A DNA stretch of 64,000 bases. Origin: Candidatus Aenigmatarchaeota archaeon. GTDB taxonomy: Archaea; Aenigmatarchaeota; Aenigmatarchaeia; CG10238-14. Within the stretch, counting starts at the first letter, position 1. Every line of letters starts with the position of its first letter. Of the stretch, positions 28,829 to 39,966 are shown in pieces. The position numbers and the translations under genes were made by a program. The stretch covers positions 8,817 through 72,816 of the forward strand of contig JAHLMN010000006.1 in the NCBI GenBank assembly GCA_018920345.1, read 5' to 3'. The notes beneath the pieces were generated by a model. That model ran no database searches. It saw nothing but the letters and a program-made list of their open reading frames with translations, and was not told the origin of the DNA.

Positions 28829-30169
28829 ATGCAATCATTTTTTAAACCAAAATCAGTTGCAATCATCGGAGCTTCTAGAGAAGAAGGAAAACTAGGACAT
28901 ATAATTTTTCGTAATTTTTTTGACAATGGCTTCAAAAAATTATATCCTATAAATCCTAATGCAGACGAAATATTAGGTATAAGATGCTATAAATCAGTTT
29001 TAGATGTAAAAGATAACATAGATTTAGCTGTTATTGTTGTTCCAGCAAAAGTTGTATTTCAAGTTTTATCTGATTGTGTTAAGAAAAAGATAAAATCTGT
29101 TATAATAATTTCTTCTGGTTTTTCTGAGGTTGGTGAGGAAGGAAAAAAACTTGAGGAGCAATTAAAACAATTAATATCCAAAAGTAAGACGAGAGTTATT
29201 GGACCAAATTGTGTTGGAATATATGATGCATATTCAAAAGTTGATACATTGTTTCTTTCAAAAGTTAGATGTGGAAGACCAAAAAAAGGTAATATATCTT
29301 TCATTTCACAATCAGGTGCTGTTGGCTCAACAATATTAGATATTTTATATAGCAAAGACATAGGGATAAGCAAATTCATATCTTATGGAAATGGTATTGA
29401 CGTTAATGAATCAGAGTTGATAGAATTTCTAGGAAAGGATAAAACAACCAAGGTAATAATAGCATACATAGAAGGTTTAAGGAGCAACGGAAGAATTTTT
29501 TTAGAGAAAGTTAAGAAAGTGAAAAAACCTATAATAATTTTGAAAAGCGGAAAAAGTAACAAGGGCACAAAAGCCGTTTCATCTCATACAGGTTCTTTGG
29601 CTGGATCTAGTAGAATATATTCTGCTGCTTTCAGACAATTTGGTATAATAGAGGCAAATAATTGGGAAGAATTATTAGACTATTCTATTGCTTTATCAAC
29701 TCAACCTTCAGCTAAAGACAACAGAATTGTTATAATAACCGATGGAGGAGGATTTGGTGTTTTAGCAACAGACGAAGCAGAAAAACTTGGTTTAAACATA
29801 CCTGAGCCTTCTGAAAAATTAAAACAAAGAATACTACAAAAAATGCCAAGTTATATTAGCTTACATAATCCCATTGATTTGACAGGAGATGCTAATGCAG
29901 AAAGATATAAAATAGCATTAACAGAATGTCTTTCAAGTAAAGAATATGATGCAGCTTTGGTTATACCATTATTTCAAGTACCAACTTTAGAAGAAAAAGT
30001 TGTAGAGCACATAATTGAAGCAAAAAAATTTGGTAAACCAATAGTAGTTTGCTCTGTAGGAAGCGATTTTTCAGAAAAGCAAAATAAAAAATTAATAGAG
30101 GCAGCTATACCAGTTTTTCCAACACCAGAAAGAGCTGTTAAAGCTTTAAGAGTTTTAGTTAGATATTAA
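28829..30169 (+). CDS. acdA: ADP-forming acetyl-CoA synthetase alpha subunit
   Basis: PKSVAIIGAS, IGPNCVG, SQSGA, SHTGSLAG, NPIDLTGDA. Confidence 0.92.
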   Translation: MQSFFKPKSVAIIGASREEGKLGHIIFRNFFDNGFKKLYPINPNADEILGIRCYKSVLDVKDNIDLAVIVVPAKVVFQVLSDCVKKKIKSVIIISSGFSEVGEEGKKLEEQLKQLISKSKTRVIGPNCVGIYDAYSKVDTLFLSKVRCGRPKKGNISFISQSGAVGSTILDILYSKDIGISKFISYGNGIDVNESELIEFLGKDKTTKVIIAYIEGLRSNGRIFLEKVKKVKKPIIILKSGKSNKGTKAVSSHTGSLAGSSRIYSAAFRQFGIIEANNWEELLDYSIALSTQPSAKDNRIVIITDGGGFGVLATDEAEKLGLNIPEPSEKLKQRILQKMPSYISLHNPIDLTGDANAERYKIALTECLSSKEYDAALVIPLFQVPTLEEKVVEHIIEAKKFGKPIVVCSVGSDFSEKQNKKLIEAAIPVFPTPERAVKALRVLVRY

Positions 30170-30795
30170 CAAGTTTTTACTTGACTTTCTGGAACTTCTA
30201 AACCAACAGGAACAGTATAATATTTTTCACCTATTTTTACAACACAATCTATATTATTATTCTTTAATGTATAATACAAGCAGTTTTTACTTTGTGCCCA
30301 ATTACATTCCAAAGCTTTGTAATTTGACTGTAATGTATTGAATTTAGTTGTAAGGCTACTATAATCATCTTGTAAAGTTTTTAATTGATCTGCTAGGTTT
30401 TGTTTTTCAGAAACACATGTGTCAACATTTTTTTGAGATTTATCTATTTGCATTCTAGCATTTTCCAAATCTGTTTTTGTTTTGCTTAGGTCTGTTTTAC
30501 ATATCTCTAGTTCATTTCTAGTATTTTGCAAGTCAACCTCTAAACCTGCCATTTGTTTTTCCATTACCATTACTTTTGATTGAGCTTCTGTTATTCTTGC
30601 AGTATAAGTAACATAACCTGTATAGCTTAAAGCAACCAAAGCAACTAAAATAATTGGTATAAGCAACAAAACCCATTTGCTTTTAGCATTTTCATCAAAA
30701 TGCAGCTCTTGCTTAAAAGCCTCCCATTTATCTTTCAGTTTATTAAAAAATCTTTTAATGGGAGAACCTTTCTTATCTTCGTAAGGCTCATACAT
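30166..30795 (-). CDS. membrane-anchored coiled-coil protein
   Basis: TM helix followed by long heptad region and Cys-containing tail. Confidence 0.75.
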   Translation of the reverse strand: MYEPYEDKKGSPIKRFFNKLKDKWEAFKQELHFDENAKSKWVLLLIPIILVALVALSYTGYVTYTARITEAQSKVMVMEKQMAGLEVDLQNTRNELEICKTDLSKTKTDLENARMQIDKSQKNVDTCVSEKQNLADQLKTLQDDYSSLTTKFNTLQSNYKALECNWAQSKNCLYYTLKNNNIDCVVKIGEKYYTVPVGLEVPESQVKTC

Positions 30796-30835
30796 GTTTA
30801 TCTATCTATTATTTTTGTAGTTTAATGCTAAATAA

Positions 30836-31114
30836 TTATTTCTTAATATTCATTTTAAATTCATTCTCTAATTCTTTAACTTTATTTTGTAGTGATTTAG
30901 CTGCATCTAACAAAACTTTTTTAGGACTAGCGCCTTTTGTCTTTACATAAACCTTTGGTTCTGACATATACGGATGCTCTTTTATGCTAGCTGCTTCGTC
31001 AACATCTTTACTCTCCCACAATTCTTCTCTTAATAAATTAGCAAAACCTATAGTATCCCCTTTTAATTCTACAAGTAAGGAGTCCTTTTCTTGTTTTAAC
31101 ACTTTTACTTCCAT
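30836..31114 (-). CDS. rpoL: RNA polymerase subunit L (Rpo11)
   Basis: ANLLREEL, EHP..SEP; size 92 aa; GAGGTG SD. Confidence 0.88.
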   Translation of the reverse strand: MEVKVLKQEKDSLLVELKGDTIGFANLLREELWESKDVDEAASIKEHPYMSEPKVYVKTKGASPKKVLLDAAKSLQNKVKELENEFKMNIKK

Positions 31115-31168
31115 ATTAACACCTCAAGATACCTATTATATTCAACACCTTAAATTTATAAATTATAC

Positions 31169-31387
31169 TTAAATAGAAATACTAAAAACTTTTTCCTTAT
31201 TTTTTTCACCTTTTAATAATTTTACTTTGCTTGTAGATATACCATAATAATTTGCCAATATTTTAATAGCTTCCAAATTAGCTTTGCCCTTTTCAGGTAA
31301 TGCCTCTACACCTATTTCAATAAAATCTCCTCTTATTTTAACATATTGATTTTTACAACCTGTTTTTACTTTAGCTTTTACTATCAC
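31169..31387 (-). CDS. DUF167/YggU family protein
   Basis: PEKGKANLE, KLLKGEKNKEK; GTG start at 31387 avoids overlap with the divergent gene. Confidence 0.8.
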   Translation of the reverse strand: MIVKAKVKTGCKNQYVKIRGDFIEIGVEALPEKGKANLEAIKILANYYGISTSKVKLLKGEKNKEKVFSISI

Positions 31388-31439
31388 AATAAATAGAATA
31401 ATAAGAAAACTTAAATTGATAAGAGCTAAAAGTAATACT

Positions 31440-31901
31440 ATGGCATTAAATATAGTTGAAAAATATAAATTGAATACAGAGGACTTTAAGATATATTTTG
31501 ATAATAACAAAAAAACCCATGTTGCTGAAAATATTGAAACAGGAGAAAAAACAAATATAGGTGTTCTAGGAATATTTCTTGAAATGGGTATTTTAAGACC
31601 TTTAGATGAGCAGGATAAACTGGTTGAAATAAAGCAAAAAATATCAGATTTAGAAAAAAAGATAGAAGTTTTAATTGATAAAGTGGAAAATATTCAATTA
31701 AATCAAGCTTTTGTAAAAAAAGATGATCAACCAGAGGAAGAGGAAGAAACGCCTGAGGATCAAGAAATAAAAATTAAAGAAAAGCCTAGATTTGATATAA
31801 GAGAAAAAATAATAGAAAAATCATTAAAAAAGATACATAAATATGATGAAAATGTGATTAAAGATAGTGAAGATCAAGAGGAAGTTTGGGAAGAAATTTA
31901 A
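31440..31901 (+). CDS. hypothetical protein with acidic C-terminus
   Basis: ORF track; ATG at 31440 preferred. Confidence 0.65.
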   Translation: MALNIVEKYKLNTEDFKIYFDNNKKTHVAENIETGEKTNIGVLGIFLEMGILRPLDEQDKLVEIKQKISDLEKKIEVLIDKVENIQLNQAFVKKDDQPEEEEETPEDQEIKIKEKPRFDIREKIIEKSLKKIHKYDENVIKDSEDQEEVWEEI

Positions 31902-32128
31902 AGCAACTCTTTCATCGCTTTTATTATACCCTCCACAACTTCCTTTGAGTTTGGTATTGTAACAGATTGTTTATATCTTCTCTGACCGCTATTACTAACA
32001 AAACCTCTAGAAACAGATATAAATTCTGTTTCTCCTTCTGGTGTCACTGCTTTTTTTCTTGCAATCTCGATAAAATTGTTTTTTCCAAAACCAACATCTT
32101 GGCTTTTTACAGTTTTATATTCTACCAT
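31898..32128 (-). CDS. small conserved protein, possible PC4/PUR-like nucleic-acid-binding fold
   Basis: GAGGTGA SD; FIEIARK..FISVSRGF..KQSVTIP beta-rich pattern. Confidence 0.65.
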   Translation of the reverse strand: MVEYKTVKSQDVGFGKNNFIEIARKKAVTPEGETEFISVSRGFVSNSGQRRYKQSVTIPNSKEVVEGIIKAMKELL

Positions 32129-32142
32129 TTTTTCACCTCAGA

Positions 32143-32217
32143 TGGGCCACGCCAGATTTGAACTGGCGACCTCCTGATTATCAGTCAGGCGCTCCAACCA
32201 GGCTAAGCTAGTGGCCC
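32143..32217 (-). tRNA. tRNA-Ile(GAT)
   Basis: GGGCCAC/GTGGCCC acceptor, CCTGA-CTGATAA-TCAGG anticodon arm. Confidence 0.95.
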
Positions 32218-32263
32218 AATCCTATATTTAAATTCTCTACAAATTTTTAATAATTAATATCTT

Positions 32264-32336
32264 GGGCCAGTAGATCAACGGCTAGATCGCTGCCTTCGCA
32301 AGGCAGAGGCTGTGGGTTCAATTCCCACCTGGTCCA
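32264..32336 (+). tRNA. tRNA-Ala(CGC)
   Basis: G3:U70 pair, CTGCC-TTCGCAA-GGCAG anticodon arm. Confidence 0.95.
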
Positions 32337-32445
32337 AATACCTTATTTAAACAAACAATACAACAAGAAAAATTATAATGAAAGATAAAAGCTAATATCA
32401 TTATCTAGATATTTGTAAGTAAAAATTGCAAAAACCCAAAATAAA

Positions 32446-32679
32446 TTATTTTTTTAATGTTTTTAAGAAAGCTTCTTTTAAAGAAACAGTATTATCGCAC
32501 AAAGGATATCCAATACAACCCCAAAAAGAGCCATACTTGCCTTTTTTTATAACCATCATAGCTCCACATTTCTTACAACTATAGCGTTTAATAGGTTTTT
32601 GAAAACAGTTTTTACATACAGGCTGATCAGCAGAATTATACATTGTCGCTATTTTTCCACAATGAACACAAATATCCAT
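32446..32679 (-). CDS. topoisomerase C4 zinc-finger domain protein
   Basis: CKKCG.MMV.KKGKYGSFWGCIGYPLC plus N-terminal CxxC pairs. Confidence 0.85.
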   Translation of the reverse strand: MDICVHCGKIATMYNSADQPVCKNCFQKPIKRYSCKKCGAMMVIKKGKYGSFWGCIGYPLCDNTVSLKEAFLKTLKK

Positions 32680-32742
32680 TCAAAAAGATTGTTGTTATGA
32701 ATTATTAAAATTTTTTTAAATAAACTATTTGAAAATAAATTT

Positions 32743-34059
32743 ATGCCTCATAAAGTTGACAAAGAAATATTTGATTTGATAAATAAAGAATTAGAGAGGC
32801 AGAAAACATTTCTAGAAATGATACCATCAGAAAATTTTGCCAGTCCCGCTGTTTTAGAAGCCTTAGGTTCTGTTTTGACAAATAAATATTCAGAAGGTTA
32901 TCCTGGAAAAAGGTATTATGGAGGAAATGAATTTATAGATAAAATAGAGCAACTTGCTATAGAAAGAGCAAAAAAACTTTTTGGCGTTGAGCATGTAAAT
33001 GTACAGCCATACTCAGGTAGTCCTGCAAATTTTGCGGTTTATATGGCTTTATGTAAACCAGGAGATACAATAATGGGTTTAGAACTTTCTCATGGCGGTC
33101 ATTTAACACATGGATGGAAGACAAGCGTATCTGGTATGCTCTTCAATTCAATACCTTATCATGTTAATAAAGATGGTTATATAGATTTTGAAGAATTGGA
33201 GGAACTTGCAAAAAAACATAAACCAAAAATAATATGGTGTGGTTTTACTGCATACCCAAGAATAATTGATTTTAAAAGATTTGGAGAAATTGCTGATTCT
33301 GTTGGTGCTTATCTTGTTGCTGATATTTCACATATAGCTGGTTTGATTGTCGGTGGTATTCACCCAAGCCCAAACAAAGATGCTCATATAATAACTACGA
33401 CAACTCATAAAACTTTAAGAGGTCCTAGAGGAGCAATGATAATGGTAACAAAAAAAGGAATAGAGAAAGATCCAGATTTGCCAACAAAAATTGATAAGAC
33501 TGTTTTTCCTGGATTACAAGGAGGTCCGCATGACAATACAACAGCAGCTATAGCCGTAGCTTTGTATGAAGCTTCTCTACCAGAGTTCAAAGAATATGCG
33601 AGACAAATCGTTAAAAATTGTCAAGTTTTAGCAGAAGAATTGAAAAAGAAAGGTTTTAAACTTGTAACAGGCGGCACTGATAATCATCTCTTATTAATAG
33701 ATTTGACGCCTTTTGGTGTTGGAAAAGGATTATATGCGCAAGAAGCTTTAGATTTAGCAGGAATAGTTGTTAATAAAAACACTATACCAAACGATCCATC
33801 ACCTTTTTACCCAAGTGGTATTAGATGCGGGACACCAGCTTTAACAACTAGAGGAATGAAAGAAAAAGAAATGAAACAAATAGCAGATATGATTTATAGA
33901 GTCATTTATGAAATAAAGGATTATGAATTTTCAAAAGATAAGAAAGATGAATTAATACAGAAATTTAGAAGTGAAATAAAGCAAAATAAAACAATAAAAC
34001 AAGTAAGAAAAGAAGTAATAGATCTTTGTAAAAAGTTTCCATTATATGAAGGTATGTGA
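32743..34059 (+). CDS. glyA: serine hydroxymethyltransferase
   Basis: [38 protein letters not shown]. Confidence 0.97.
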   Translation: MPHKVDKEIFDLINKELERQKTFLEMIPSENFASPAVLEALGSVLTNKYSEGYPGKRYYGGNEFIDKIEQLAIERAKKLFGVEHVNVQPYSGSPANFAVYMALCKPGDTIMGLELSHGGHLTHGWKTSVSGMLFNSIPYHVNKDGYIDFEELEELAKKHKPKIIWCGFTAYPRIIDFKRFGEIADSVGAYLVADISHIAGLIVGGIHPSPNKDAHIITTTTHKTLRGPRGAMIMVTKKGIEKDPDLPTKIDKTVFPGLQGGPHDNTTAAIAVALYEASLPEFKEYARQIVKNCQVLAEELKKKGFKLVTGGTDNHLLLIDLTPFGVGKGLYAQEALDLAGIVVNKNTIPNDPSPFYPSGIRCGTPALTTRGMKEKEMKQIADMIYRVIYEIKDYEFSKDKKDELIQKFRSEIKQNKTIKQVRKEVIDLCKKFPLYEGM

Positions 34060-35678
34060 TTTTTATGGAAAATTTTACAGATCAAGAAAAGGCTATATTG
34101 AAACCATTTTTTACTAATTTAGATAAACCTGTTTTTGTATTAGTTAATCTTCCTGAAGTTGTTAAAGGTGCTTTATTTTCTCGTTATAGTCGCTCACCTA
34201 AAAGTTTAAGAAGAGTTTTACTTGAAGAATTTATACAAAACCCTGAAATGAATTTTAAAGAAATAGCATCAATGGATGAAAAAACAATATTTGAAAAATT
34301 TGTTGCAACAAAAAAAGCAGAAGAATTTTATGATAGAGTACTAGTGGGTTATGGTGATGATTCTGTTGCAGAGCTAGCTGGAGTTCATATTGCTTGTGAA
34401 GATGTATCTCAACTTTTAGCTGCCAAAGCTTTAGAAGACAATCGTATAGGTATATCACCATTAGAAAAATCTACTAGATATGTTTGGTTTGATCAAAAAG
34501 AGAATGGCAAATACAAATACTATAGAGATCCTGATATAATGGAGTCAGGTTTTGATAATTTGTATGAGGAAAGTATGGATTTTTTATTTGACACATATTC
34601 TGAACTTGTACCTCCTTTATCTGAATTTATTCAAAGCAAAAACCCAAAAACCGAGGATGTTTCTGAAAGAGCTTACCAAGCAACCATTAGGGCTAAAGTT
34701 TGTGATATATTAAGACAACTTTTACCTTCATGTACTTTAACAAATGTTGGTTTGTTTGGAAATGGGAGAGCATTTGAGTATATGCTTAATAAGATGTATG
34801 TTTCACCTTTAGCTGAAGTTAGACAATTGGCTACATCTATACAAGAAGAATTAGACAAAGTAATACCATCTTTTGTCAAAAGAGCTAAAACAGAGCATGG
34901 AAAAATGATGCAAGAATATTTGAAAAACACAGAAGATGCAATGTGGCTTTTCAAGATTGAAGGAGCTACAAGCAGAGAAGATATAGAATTAGTAGATTAT
35001 GATCAGGACGCAGAAGAAAAAGTTATATCAGCTATTCTTTACCCCTATTCAAACTTATCTATGATAGAGTTGAGAAAGAAAGTTAAAGAAATGACACAAG
35101 ATGAAAAGAAAAAAATATTAAATGAATATGCAGGGAGAAGAAAAGTTAGACAGCACAAAATTGGTAGAGCTTTTGAAAATACATTTTACACTTTTGATAT
35201 ACTTGCACCTCTAGGTGCATATAAAGATTTACAGAGACATAGGATGCTCACTCAACAAAGGCAATTGATAACAACAGATTATGGTTTTGATATACCTAAG
35301 GAAATTTTAGAAGCAAAATTAGAGGTTAAATACAAAAAGGCGATGGAACAAGCTTCTTTAGCATTTAACAAAGTAAGAGAAAAAATGCCGATTCAAGCAC
35401 AATATCTAGTTCCTTTAGGCTTCAAGGTAAGATGGTATTTTAAACTTAATTTACGTGAAGTATGTCATTTAACAGAGCTAAGAAGCAGCCCTCAAGGACA
35501 TGAATACTATAGAAAAATTGCACAAGCCATTGCTTTAAAGGTTAGAGAGGTTCATCCTTTGTTGGCTGAGCATGCAACAAAATTTGTTGATTTTAAAGAT
35601 TATTCTTTAGAAAGACTAGAAGCTGAAAAGAAATTAGATGAAAAAATAAAAAAATTGCAAGAAAAATACAAAAAATAA
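34056..35678 (+). CDS. thyX: FAD-dependent thymidylate synthase, tandem two-domain form
   Basis: [35 protein letters not shown]. Confidence 0.9.
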   Translation: MIFMENFTDQEKAILKPFFTNLDKPVFVLVNLPEVVKGALFSRYSRSPKSLRRVLLEEFIQNPEMNFKEIASMDEKTIFEKFVATKKAEEFYDRVLVGYGDDSVAELAGVHIACEDVSQLLAAKALEDNRIGISPLEKSTRYVWFDQKENGKYKYYRDPDIMESGFDNLYEESMDFLFDTYSELVPPLSEFIQSKNPKTEDVSERAYQATIRAKVCDILRQLLPSCTLTNVGLFGNGRAFEYMLNKMYVSPLAEVRQLATSIQEELDKVIPSFVKRAKTEHGKMMQEYLKNTEDAMWLFKIEGATSREDIELVDYDQDAEEKVISAILYPYSNLSMIELRKKVKEMTQDEKKKILNEYAGRRKVRQHKIGRAFENTFYTFDILAPLGAYKDLQRHRMLTQQRQLITTDYGFDIPKEILEAKLEVKYKKAMEQASLAFNKVREKMPIQAQYLVPLGFKVRWYFKLNLREVCHLTELRSSPQGHEYYRKIAQAIALKVREVHPLLAEHATKFVDFKDYSLERLEAEKKLDEKIKKLQEKYKK

Positions 35679-35710
35679 ATTTATTTTAGCATAAAACAAA
35701 ATTAAACACA

Positions 35711-36553
35711 ATGTTTGATTTTGCCTTAGCCTCATTTAATTCAACTAATGCTACGAATACATCAGCTATTAATTTTTTGCAATCTTATCTCTATTCCCTG
35801 CCATCCCAAGCAATTCAGGGTGATGTAGCTGCAATATCCATATCATTTATGTTATTTTTCCTAGGAATTTTTATTGTCAACAAAATGACAGAAGCCTTAT
35901 TAGCTATAATAAAAAGAACAATACTTTTCTTTATAACAGGAATAGCTTTTTACTATTTTTTTAAAACATTTATGCTAAGATTATCATTACAAGGTTTAAC
36001 AACAGAAAATATCATTTTTGGTATATTTGGGAGTATATTAGGAACAATAGGTGTTATTTTATCTTTTATTTGGCTCTTTCAGAGTTTTAGAAAAAAAGAA
36101 CCAAAGTTGCTAGTTTATGAAAGTGATATAAAAAAAGATGAAAATAAAGTTGAGCAAGAAGAAAAAAAAGATATATTTCAAACAATAAAACAAGATGTTT
36201 TTTTCAAGGAAAAAAATATATTCAGTATAATAATCTATTTGACAATAGCAGAATTTGGTATATTTTGTTCCCCGACAAAAACAGCACCTACTATTGAAAT
36301 AGGGTTAACATTCTTTATTATTTTTATTACAGCATCAATATTTTTTATTAAAAAAATATACAAAGATTTTTCTACTGGATTAATGCAGTTTGGTATAGCA
36401 TTAATTTTTGGTTATCTCCTTTCTATTATGTTAGGACATTTTTGGAATAATTATGAATGGAATGTTTTATTATCTTTAGAGTATTTTACAACAACAAGTT
36501 TAGTAGCATTAATAACTGGGATAGCTGTCTCATTATTTATGAGCAGTAGATAA
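35711..36553 (+). CDS. multi-pass membrane hypothetical protein
   Basis: About 7 hydrophobic segments. Confidence 0.75.
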   Translation: MFDFALASFNSTNATNTSAINFLQSYLYSLPSQAIQGDVAAISISFMLFFLGIFIVNKMTEALLAIIKRTILFFITGIAFYYFFKTFMLRLSLQGLTTENIIFGIFGSILGTIGVILSFIWLFQSFRKKEPKLLVYESDIKKDENKVEQEEKKDIFQTIKQDVFFKEKNIFSIIIYLTIAEFGIFCSPTKTAPTIEIGLTFFIIFITASIFFIKKIYKDFSTGLMQFGIALIFGYLLSIMLGHFWNNYEWNVLLSLEYFTTTSLVALITGIAVSLFMSSR

Positions 36554-36586
36554 TTTTTTTAGCCTTACATATTTATCTATTAATTA

Positions 36587-37300
36587 ATGTTAATAGCTGC
36601 AACTTCTGACATTCACTCACCCAAATATTATGAACAATTTGTACGTGCGATAGATTTTATGACTCAAAGAGTTGACTTGTTTTTATTAGCAGGCGATATT
36701 GTGGATAGAGGAAACATTGAAGAATATCAAAAAGTTTTAAATGCAATGTTTGGCAAAGTAAATTGTCCTATAATAGCTTGTTTTGGTAATTCTGAATTTG
36801 GAAGAGAATATACAGATAAAATAAAAGATAGATATAAACAGATAACATTTTTAGAGGACGAATCTATAATTCTTGAAATTAATGATAAAAAAATAGGTAT
36901 AGTAGGCACTAAAGGTAGTTTAGATAGACCAACTTTTTGGCAATCAAAAAATTTACCTGGTATAGAGGAGGAATATACCAAAAGAGTAGAAAAAGTAAAA
37001 AAGCTTATATCAGAATTAAGGTGTGATATAAAAATATTATTAACACATTATGCTCCTACTTATAAAATTCTTGAAGGCGAAAATATTAATGCATATCCAG
37101 AGCTAGGTAGTCAGGAAATGGAAAAGGCTATATTAGAAACAAAACCAAATCTAGTTATTTGCGGCCATGCACATAAAGGTAAAAGGCAAACATGGATAGA
37201 TAGCATACCAGTATTCAATGTTGGTTTAATGCTAAATAATAAAATTGTGATAATAGACACTGAAAAGGATTTGAAATATGGGTTGGAAAAATTTGTTTAA
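36587..37300 (+). CDS. calcineurin-like metallophosphoesterase
   Basis: SDIH, AGD, GN, THYAP, CGHAH. Confidence 0.9.
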   Translation: MLIAATSDIHSPKYYEQFVRAIDFMTQRVDLFLLAGDIVDRGNIEEYQKVLNAMFGKVNCPIIACFGNSEFGREYTDKIKDRYKQITFLEDESIILEINDKKIGIVGTKGSLDRPTFWQSKNLPGIEEEYTKRVEKVKKLISELRCDIKILLTHYAPTYKILEGENINAYPELGSQEMEKAILETKPNLVICGHAHKGKRQTWIDSIPVFNVGLMLNNKIVIIDTEKDLKYGLEKFV

Positions 37301-37509
37301 ATTTTAACCAACTCTGCTTTTAAATTTCCTTTTGATTCAACTATTTTAACTCTATATAAACCATCCAGACAACTTATTTCTTGACCATTTGAAGCTATAT
37401 AATCTCTTCTTCCCAATTCTCGGTCAGGTACAGATAAATTAGCGTATAAATCTCCCATACCTTGCACTAGAGTAATTTTAATTTCACTTGAACAGCAATA
37501 AATCATCAA
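37297..37509 (-). CDS. hypothetical protein
   Basis: 70-aa ORF filling the gap. Confidence 0.45.
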   Translation of the reverse strand: MMIYCCSSEIKITLVQGMGDLYANLSVPDRELGRRDYIASNGQEISCLDGLYRVKIVESKGNLKAELVKI

Positions 37510-37560
37510 ATTTAAATTTTGAATTTCAATTTAAAGAATTTTTCTAAATTTTAATAAATA

Positions 37561-37980
37561 TTATTTTTTGCTATATTCTGCAATTCCAATGCTACTTTCA
37601 ATTTTTATATTTTTGAAATCTTCTCTCCAATCTGTTTGCAATATAACACTTTTTCTACCTCCAATAGTTTTTATATTATTAGTTATGTTTACATTGTTTT
37701 CATCGACAAATACACTCAAGTTTTTAGCCTCAAAAAACCATTTGTTTTTTACAACTAAAAGCAAATTTTGATCCTTATCTCTACCAAAATTATCAATACT
37801 TAGAGAAAAAAACCCCTTCAAATTTATTTTATCTGAAAATGGAATATAGCCAAATATTAAATAAAAACCTATAATTAAAATAAAAACAACAAGAAAAGTT
37901 TTGAATAAATTGCCTATAACTTTAAATGCAAGAAATACACCTAAAACTAAAAACAATACACCTAATAAAAATTGAATCAT
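37561..37980 (-). CDS. membrane hypothetical protein
   Basis: Two N-terminal TMs then beta-rich domain; coupled to tmk stop. Confidence 0.7.
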   Translation of the reverse strand: MIQFLLGVLFLVLGVFLAFKVIGNLFKTFLVVFILIIGFYLIFGYIPFSDKINLKGFFSLSIDNFGRDKDQNLLLVVKNKWFFEAKNLSVFVDENNVNITNNIKTIGGRKSVILQTDWREDFKNIKIESSIGIAEYSKK

Positions 37981-38651
37981 GTTAATATTTTATTTTTGAT
38001 TAAAATATAATTAACCTTTTCAACAATCTCTTTGTGTATTTCTTCTATTGTTTTAGGTTTTTCATCTTTAAAACATTCAATTATTAACCATTTGTCATCT
38101 TTTGCCATTTCTAAATAAGTTCTTCTAACATTTTCCTGATATTTTAAATCTTCTTCAAATATATCCTTTTCCTTATCTTTCAAATAATCCTTTTTTTCTC
38201 TCTTAGTTATTAATTTCATCGATATTTTTGTCGGCATATCCAAAAGTATTATTAGATCAGGTTGAGGTAGTCTAGATTCTACAACATTAAGCCAATTGAT
38301 AAAATCTTTTTTATCTTTACATAAAGTGCCTTCAAATGCCATTGCAGATTGTGTATATCTATTGCAAACTATTATCCTTCCTTTATCAATATTTTGTTTT
38401 ATAAAATCTTTGAATTGATATCTGTCTATTGCAAACAATAAAGCAGCTATTTCTGGCATGTCATCTTTTTTGCCATATTCTCCTCTGAGAAATGCAGCTA
38501 CATGTTTACCAAAAATTGTATCATAAGCAGGAAAACTCATCTCTACAACATCTAAACCTTTACTTCTTAAATAATTTGCTAGTAAACTAGCTTGTGTTTT
38601 TTTACCAGATGAATCAATTCCTTCAAAATTTATGAAAAAACCTTTAGACAC
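37977..38651 (-). CDS. tmk: thymidylate kinase
   Basis: FEGIDSSGKKTQ, LFAIDR, NRY, PDLIILLD; GTG start at 38651 preferred. Confidence 0.93.
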   Translation of the reverse strand: MSKGFFINFEGIDSSGKKTQASLLANYLRSKGLDVVEMSFPAYDTIFGKHVAAFLRGEYGKKDDMPEIAALLFAIDRYQFKDFIKQNIDKGRIIVCNRYTQSAMAFEGTLCKDKKDFINWLNVVESRLPQPDLIILLDMPTKISMKLITKREKKDYLKDKEKDIFEEDLKYQENVRRTYLEMAKDDKWLIIECFKDEKPKTIEEIHKEIVEKVNYILIKNKILT

Positions 38652-38682
38652 AAAATAAATTATGATTAAAAATTTTTTAATT

Positions 38683-39888
38683 TTATTCAAACAAAGGTAT
38701 CCTAAACTTTTTCTTCTTAGCTTTTTCTTCTTCCTCTAATTTTTTAGCGTTTTTCTTTATTAACTCATCTGAGTTTTCTAAATTCTTTGAATTATTACCA
38801 ATACCACATGTATTTCCAACACCAATTATAACAACCTTACCTTTGCCTTTTGTTCTATCTACAGATTCATAAACAAGCTCTATGGCCTCATCTACAGCAT
38901 CTAAAACAGCTTTTGGCATAGGCATTATTGCCTCTTCTTGTCCCATCTTAATAATTATTGAATCTAATGGTATTTTGTTTTTAACAGCAACCTCTTCTAT
39001 TTCATATCTTTCTACTCCTATTCCACCCATAGCCACTCCAATTCCTTCAGCAACCTCTCCAGTTCTTTCTCCTTCTAATTTTGCTGCAGCATCAACAGTT
39101 ATAATCTTTGCTATTTTTTCTTTTTGAGCAATTTTTTCTAAAGCTTTACCAGGATTTCCTGTTCTACCTCCTGGTCCCTTTGCTTTTATTATTATCAATT
39201 CCTTATCTTTATACTTCTTTCTAGCAACAACAGTTTCTTCATCTATTTCCTGAGCCTTTTCATTACCTATAATCTTAGCTGCTACATAAGGACCAACACC
39301 ATCACCAATAGGCCAACCGTTTGCTAGAGCTTCAGTGCCTTTAAGCAATGATTTAGCAATTCTTTCAATAAAAGGAAGTTGCATTTGAATGATAAAAGCC
39401 AAATTAATACTTTTAGTCTTTTTTATTAATTCAACATAATGTCTTACAATCTTTCTTATCATATTCAACTCTATAGCACCAGATAAACCCATCACTATAT
39501 TTGCCCTTTCTTCTTCGCTTGCTTCAGGTGCTATTTGAGCTGCAAAATAATTGAATCTCTCTTTTTCCAGAGTCAAAATATGATCATATTTCTTCACAAT
39601 TCCATAAGGATCTAGGCTAACAGGAGGAATTGCATAAAATTCAAGAAATCTTTTTATGCTTTTTCTTTTCTTTTTATCAACATCTTTTAACTTTTTCAAA
39701 ACCTCATTTTCAGCTTTCAAAGCCATTCTATCAAGTTCAGCAGCACTCTGCTCTAACTTTAGCATTGTTTGTTGAACCATTATTTTTGAATACAATGAAA
39801 TGAAGAGTATGAATATAATTATGCTTATTATTTGCCCTATTACACCACCGTCTGATTGTCCTGTCAGATAGTTTAAAATATTAACCAC
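38683..39888 (-). CDS. DUF1512 family protein
   Basis: PVSLDPYGIV, PIGDGVGP, KAKGPGG, VDAAAKLEGE, IGVGNTCGIG. Confidence 0.88.
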   Translation of the reverse strand: MVNILNYLTGQSDGGVIGQIISIIIFILFISLYSKIMVQQTMLKLEQSAAELDRMALKAENEVLKKLKDVDKKKRKSIKRFLEFYAIPPVSLDPYGIVKKYDHILTLEKERFNYFAAQIAPEASEEERANIVMGLSGAIELNMIRKIVRHYVELIKKTKSINLAFIIQMQLPFIERIAKSLLKGTEALANGWPIGDGVGPYVAAKIIGNEKAQEIDEETVVARKKYKDKELIIIKAKGPGGRTGNPGKALEKIAQKEKIAKIITVDAAAKLEGERTGEVAEGIGVAMGGIGVERYEIEEVAVKNKIPLDSIIIKMGQEEAIMPMPKAVLDAVDEAIELVYESVDRTKGKGKVVIIGVGNTCGIGNNSKNLENSDELIKKNAKKLEEEEKAKKKKFRIPLFE

Positions 39889-39966
39889 TTAAACACCTGT
39901 TTTTGAAATGGTAATAAACTTATATAAATATATTGTTAATTTATCATAAATTTAATTGGGAGTTAC

